64,000 nucleotides of DNA from an uncultured delta proteobacterium (lineage in GTDB: Bacteria > Desulfobacterota > Syntrophobacteria > Syntrophobacterales > Syntrophobacteraceae): contig CAWAOR010000007.1 in the NCBI GenBank assembly GCA_963783775.1, forward strand, positions 99,913-163,912. Direction: 5' to 3'. A program made the translations under genes and the position numbers. The notes beneath the pieces are model-generated. The model ran no database searches, was not told the origin of the DNA, and saw only the letters and a program-made list of their open reading frames with translations. This document shows positions 59,943 through 64,000 of the stretch, in pieces. Within the stretch, counting starts at the first letter, position 1. Every line of letters starts with the position of its first letter.

Positions 59943-60947
59943 TCACTTCCCCGGAGGTTCAGCACTGCGCTTGAGGTACTTGAAGATGTCGGAATCCGTC
60001 GAGAGGACGAAGGAGCTCCTGGGGTTATTGAAGTTCTTATAAAAATCAAGAGTGCGATAGAATTCATAAAACTTCGGGTTCTTCCCGAAGGCCTCCGCAT
60101 AGATGCGTGTGGCTTCCGCATCAGCCTTGCCACGAACTTCCTGGGACTTGCGGTAGGCTTCGGAGGTGACTTTGGCCATTTCCCGCTCCATCTGGCCCAA
60201 AATGGCAGCCCTTTCCCCCTCTCCCTCCGACCGGTACTGCGTCGCAATCCGTTTGCGCTCGGAAATCATGCGGTCGAATACTTTCTGCTGCACGGATTCC
60301 ACATAATTGATCCGCTTGATGCGGATGTCCATGAGCTCGATCCCAAATTCGGGCAGCAGTCTGGAAGCGTCGGCCACCATTTCCCGGGTAATCTTTTCGC
60401 GGCCTTTGGTGAGACGATCATTGGATTCATCGCCTTGAGGAGTGTCACTGCCCAAATCGGGGAGCTGGAAGTCGGGGATACCGGCTTCGCGGAGGGTCTG
60501 GCGGGCTTCTTCCCAACCTTCACTGCGCACCAGTTCTACCAGGTCGTTATCGGAGACGTGGTCGCGAACCACCGAATCGATGATGCCGTCCAGGCGACTG
60601 TTGGCGGTAGTGAGGGAACCGACGCGTTTCAGAAACAGCAGAGGATCCTTGATTCGCCATCTGGCGGTAGTGTCCACCCAGATGTACTTTTTGTCCTTGG
60701 TGGGAATCTGATTCGGGTTGCCATCCCATTTCATGATCCGTTTTTCGAAGTAGTTGGCCATCTGGATGAGTGGGATCTTGAAATGCAGCCCGGCTTTCAA
60801 AATCGGCTCACCGACCGGCCTCCCCAGTTGGGTGATGACCACCTGTTCGGTTTCGTTCACCATGAAGAAGGAGCCGCCGATAAAGACCGCCACCACCAGC
60901 ACGATCGGTATGAGGAAGCGTAATCCGGAAGCCATCATCGTTCTCAC
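59943..60947 (-). CDS. hflC: FtsH protease modulator HflC (SPFH/band-7)
   Basis: 334-aa ORF with an N-terminal TM, then VNETEQVVITQLGRP...GLHFKIPLIQ. Overlaps hflK by 4 nt. Confidence 0.88.
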   Translation of the reverse strand: MRTMMASGLRFLIPIVLVVAVFIGGSFFMVNETEQVVITQLGRPVGEPILKAGLHFKIPLIQMANYFEKRIMKWDGNPNQIPTKDKKYIWVDTTARWRIKDPLLFLKRVGSLTTANSRLDGIIDSVVRDHVSDNDLVELVRSEGWEEARQTLREAGIPDFQLPDLGSDTPQGDESNDRLTKGREKITREMVADASRLLPEFGIELMDIRIKRINYVESVQQKVFDRMISERKRIATQYRSEGEGERAAILGQMEREMAKVTSEAYRKSQEVRGKADAEATRIYAEAFGKNPKFYEFYRTLDFYKNFNNPRSSFVLSTDSDIFKYLKRSAEPPGK

Positions 60948-62038
60948 TCGCTTTTCGGGTTGAGTTGCGGGGAGGACCCATTTCCCGGCTTTTTCTGGTC
61001 GGAACCGCCGCTGGCAAGGCGGTTCAAATCCAAGTGAGGCAGCAATCCCCGCTGACTTTCATCGACCACCAGGAGATGCTCGATCCGGCCCAGCAGCTCC
61101 GCCGAGGCTTCCAGATACATGCGCTTCCTGGTGACATCGGGGGCCTTCTCGTACTCGGTGAGAATATCCTTGAACCGTCGCACTTCTCCTTCACTGCGGT
61201 TGATCTTCTCGAGGGCATACCCTTCCGCCTGGGTGATTGCCTGCCGCGCTTCCCCCATGGCTTTGGGGATTTTCTGGTTGTAGGCCTGCTGAGCTTCGTT
61301 GATCATGCGCTCCTTTTCCTGCCGCGCCTCGTTGACTTCGTTGAAAGCCGCCTTCACGGGGTTGGGAGGGTTGGCGTTCTGGAGCTTGACCGTAACGATC
61401 TGCAGACCGGTCTTATAATGGTCTATAATCGCCTGGATTTCGCCCCGCGCTTTTTCGGCCACGGCGGAACGCCCGATGGTGAGCACCTCGTCAGCGTAGC
61501 GATTGCCCACGATGCGCCGGACCACCGATTCGGAGATGTCGTCCAGCGTGCTCTCCACGTCCTGAACCTGAAAGAGATATTCAACGGGGTCCTGGATCTT
61601 GTACTGCACCGTCCATTGGATATCGACCACATTCAGGTCACCACTGAGCATCACGGATTCTTCTTCATAACCCTTTTCCGCAAAGCGCGAGCGCACTCCC
61701 GCCTGGGCCGTGCGATACCCGTATTCCCGTTGAAGCACCCGCCCGGTGACAACCTTGCGGACCGTGTCGATACCAAACGGAATTTTGAAATGGAGTCCCG
61801 GATCGGCGGTGAAGATGAATTTACCGAACCGCTGCACCACTGCCGTTTCCTGGGGTTCGACGGTGTAGTACGAATTCAACCCCACGAGCAGCACCAGAAC
61901 CCCCAGAATGACCAGCCACAGGCCCCCGCGCGTAAAAGCGGAAAAGTCGAAGCGGTTTTTGAGATCCTTGAACAGTTTCTCCAGGTCTTGAATATTCTCA
62001 GGCCTCGAGCCTCGGCGAGGAGGCTTTTCCCAATCCAT
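60944..62038 (-). CDS. hflK: FtsH protease modulator HflK (SPFH/band-7)
   Basis: 364-aa ORF. TM, then YYTVEPQETAVVQRFGKF...PGLHFKIPFGID, with a coiled C-terminal half. Confidence 0.88.
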   Translation of the reverse strand: MDWEKPPRRGSRPENIQDLEKLFKDLKNRFDFSAFTRGGLWLVILGVLVLLVGLNSYYTVEPQETAVVQRFGKFIFTADPGLHFKIPFGIDTVRKVVTGRVLQREYGYRTAQAGVRSRFAEKGYEEESVMLSGDLNVVDIQWTVQYKIQDPVEYLFQVQDVESTLDDISESVVRRIVGNRYADEVLTIGRSAVAEKARGEIQAIIDHYKTGLQIVTVKLQNANPPNPVKAAFNEVNEARQEKERMINEAQQAYNQKIPKAMGEARQAITQAEGYALEKINRSEGEVRRFKDILTEYEKAPDVTRKRMYLEASAELLGRIEHLLVVDESQRGLLPHLDLNRLASGGSDQKKPGNGSSPQLNPKSE

Positions 62039-62570
62039 TTTTCCCCCTGATGTTTATGACAAAAATCACCCGCAACGAACCAGAAGAGGACCCTGCCGGC
62101 GTCAGGAGGCGCAGCCCCCCGCCCCTCAGCACTAGGGTCTCCGCCCACGGTGGAAGATTTCAAGCACGTAGGCAGCGAAAGTCAACAGCCCGGCCAGCGC
62201 CAAAGTGGTCACAGGCTCGCCAGCGGGAAGAAGAAGCGAGTCAACAGGAAAGCGAAAGCAACCCCGAGGACGATGCGAAGCAGCAAAACCTTGACACGTA
62301 TTTCCGAAAAGAACCGATCCATTTTACCGTTTACCGCAATGTAGGAGAAACTGTTGTCTACTGCGCGGGAAACCCGCCTTTGTCTGCATTCCAAGGGAGC
62401 ATCCTAATGAGAGGACCACCCAATGTCAAGCCTATCACAATCCTGGAAGCAATTCCATGGCTTCACCGGGCCCGCAGACCACCCTTTTGCTGCTTGCGTT
62501 TCCTTTTTCGAAAGGGGTATAAGAACCGTAAGAGCTTGTGAACAATGACCTTTGCCCAAGGAGGAACAAC

Positions 62571-63029
62571 ATGACCGCCAGCCTTTTCAAGAACATTGGC
62601 TTTTGCACCGACTTTTCCACCCACGCCGACCAAGCCTTCACGGTAGCGAAGGATCTTGCCTGGCATTACGGCGCAACCCTGCACATCGTACACGTCATGG
62701 TTAATTTTTCCGTCTCACCACCCCTTCATTCGACTTATATGCCCATCGAGTACGATCCCAAATTCGTCGAAGAAGTGGCCGCCGCCGCCACAGAGGCCAT
62801 CCGGAACCGCTATGAGACCAACTTGAAGGAGAAGCAGCCCTACGAAGTGCACCTGCTCTCGGGTTACTCGTCGACGGAAATCCTTCGCCTCGCCCAAGAA
62901 ATTCCCCTCGACCTCATTGTCATGGGCTCGCACGGTTTGACCGGGCTCGCTCATGTGCTTTTCGGCAGCACCGCCGACCGCGTGGTGCGCAGATCGCCAT
63001 GCTCGGTCCTCACCGTCAGGCCCTCATAG
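62571..63029 (+). CDS. Universal stress protein (UspA family)
   Basis: The ATG at 62571 has RBS aaggagg. FKNIGFCTDFS...LHIVHV...DLIVMGSHGLTGLAHVLFGSTADRVVRRSPCSVLTV. Confidence 0.85.
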   Translation: MTASLFKNIGFCTDFSTHADQAFTVAKDLAWHYGATLHIVHVMVNFSVSPPLHSTYMPIEYDPKFVEEVAAAATEAIRNRYETNLKEKQPYEVHLLSGYSSTEILRLAQEIPLDLIVMGSHGLTGLAHVLFGSTADRVVRRSPCSVLTVRPS

Positions 63030-63040
63030 GATTGACTGGC

Positions 63041-63068
63041 GAAATCTGAAACTGGAAACTGGAAACTT
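63041..63068. repeat. Short heptamer tandem (tggaaac-type x3)
   Basis: gaaatctgaaactggaaactggaaactt, directly downstream of the usp stop. Confidence 0.7.
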
Positions 63069-63080
63069 GGTCGTTCCGCT

Positions 63081-63104
63081 TGACGGTCACCGTCAGGTGG
63101 TTTT
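63081..63104 (+). terminator. Candidate intrinsic terminator of usp
   Basis: tgacgg tca ccgtca hairpin, followed by ggtgg tttt. Confidence 0.3.
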
Positions 63105-63146
63105 CGAAAGAATATTGCATTGAGTGAGCGGCGAGGAGCTTAATCC

Positions 63147-64000
63147 ATGAGTCTTGAGAAGCCCGTGTTGGTAACCGGGTGCGCCGGCTTTATCGGCTTT
63201 CATCTGGCCCATCGCCTGCTCGGCGAAGGGCGGCAGGTGGTGGGTCTGGATAACGTCAACGACTACTATGACGTCACCCTGAAGTGGAATCGCTTGAAGC
63301 AGTTGCAGAGCTTCACCGGTTTTGCTTTCCATCAGGTGGATCTTCAGAACCGCCGGCAAATGGAGGAGCTCTTCAAGGGTCACGCTTTTGGCACGGTGGT
63401 CCATCTGGCGGCTCAGGCCGGCGTGCGCTACTCCATCGTGAATCCATATGCCTATATGGAAAGCAACCTCGCCGGATTTATGACCATTCTCGAAGGGTGC
63501 CGCCATCACGGTGTCGAGCACCTGGTTTTTGCCTCCTCGAGTTCGGTTTATGGCGCCAACACCCGCATGCCCTTCTCGGTGCACCAGAATGTCGATCACC
63601 CGGTCTCCCTCTATGCTGCCACCAAGAAGGCCAATGAACTCATGGCCCACACCTATGCCCACCTCTACCGGCTTCCCTGCACCGGGCTGCGCTTCTTTAC
63701 CGTCTACGGACCGTGGGGCCGCCCGGACATGGCAGCCTTTCTCTTTACCCGCGCAATCCTTGCCGGACAGCCCATTCAAGTCTTCAACTACGGCAAGATG
63801 AAGCGAGATTTCACCTATATTGATGATATCGTCGAAGGCGTGGTCCGGGTCATGGCCGCCCCAGCCCAGCCGGACGCGCAATGGACGGGCGATGCCCCGG
63901 ACCCCGGCGCCAGCGCGGCGCCTTATCGCGTCTACAACATCGGCAATAATCGGCCGACGAAGCTCTTGGACTTCATCCAAATCCTGGAAAAATGCCTGGG
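63147..64000 (+). CDS. NAD-dependent epimerase/dehydratase (UDP-glucuronate 4-epimerase-like), 5' partial, runs off window
   Basis: Not in the ORF track because no stop is reached. My own translation from ATG 63147 (RBS gaggag) gives MSLEKPVLVTGCAGFIGFHLAHRLL (GxxGxxG Rossmann), SSSSVYG and YAATKKANE (SYK triad), FFTVYGPWGRPDMA. The 295-aa minus-strand ORF 63093-63980 is its antisense shadow. Confidence 0.9.
   Translation, partial: MSLEKPVLVTGCAGFIGFHLAHRLLGEGRQVVGLDNVNDYYDVTLKWNRLKQLQSFTGFAFHQVDLQNRRQMEELFKGHAFGTVVHLAAQAGVRYSIVNPYAYMESNLAGFMTILEGCRHHGVEHLVFASSSSVYGANTRMPFSVHQNVDHPVSLYAATKKANELMAHTYAHLYRLPCTGLRFFTVYGPWGRPDMAAFLFTRAILAGQPIQVFNYGKMKRDFTYIDDIVEGVVRVMAAPAQPDAQWTGDAPDPGASAAPYRVYNIGNNRPTKLLDFIQILEKCL

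Noticed and set aside
62132-62322. A small two-TM protein upstream of hflK (MDRFFSEIRVKVLLLRIVLGVAFAFLLTRFFFPLAS / VTTLALAGLLTFAAYVLEIFHRGRRP).
   Set aside because: It requires a frame change of the opposite type (one missing base) near 62212, and no family is recognised. Too speculative to list as a feature.

Overview
GC-rich (roughly 58-60% by eye) bacterial chromosomal window. Gene content and the short palindromic repeat families suggest a Desulfobacterota/Deltaproteobacteria-like organism, but that is inference. All calls come from reading the ORF translations and the DNA; no search was run.

Layout:
- 1-8.0 kb: T6SS core operon, tssB (3' end), tssC, tssE, tssF, tssG, clpV.
- 8.2-13.4 kb: lower-GC accessory patch, then a minus-strand vgrG -> HEAT-repeat gene -> small HExxH (metzincin-like) gene. 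A displaced 3' copy of the HEAT gene and direct repeats flank the HExxH gene.
- 14-19.9 kb: hcp sits among three predicted protein-modifying enzymes (NPPF methyltransferase, TPR/GT41 O-GlcNAc-transferase-like, PKMT-like methyltransferase).
- 19.9-27.3 kb: phosphothreonine signalling hub. FHA-GAF-cyclase, FHA-GAF-His-kinase-like, double-FHA protein, PP2C phosphatase, trypsin-like protease, Ser/Thr kinase with PEGA domain.
- 27.3-36.5 kb: envelope cluster. Three CsgG-like proteins, two tandem PKD-repeat paralogs, one beta-barrel OMP.
- 36.7-64 kb: housekeeping. Aminotransferase, GlcD-like oxidase, amino-acid ABC transporter, RidA, three glycosyltransferases, metallophosphoesterase, class III cyclase, MscS, nadC, valS, lptF/lptG, response regulator, GT2-like, hflK/hflC, usp, and an epimerase running off the window.

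Most striking sequence-level observation: many otherwise recognisable genes are broken by single-base frame shifts. Every junction I could resolve in tssF, tssG, clpV and vgrG (12 of 12), plus those in the STK, OMP and RidA genes, behaves as one extra base. The breaks are strongly clustered: 2.4-8 kb, 11.6-13.4 kb, and a very dense patch at 18.8-20.7 kb. Long genes such as valS are intact. This is either consensus or assembly error, or real decay of the T6SS; I cannot tell from the sequence alone.

No tRNA, rRNA, transposase, integrase or CRISPR array was found. One solitary CRISPR-repeat-like 38-mer is noted.
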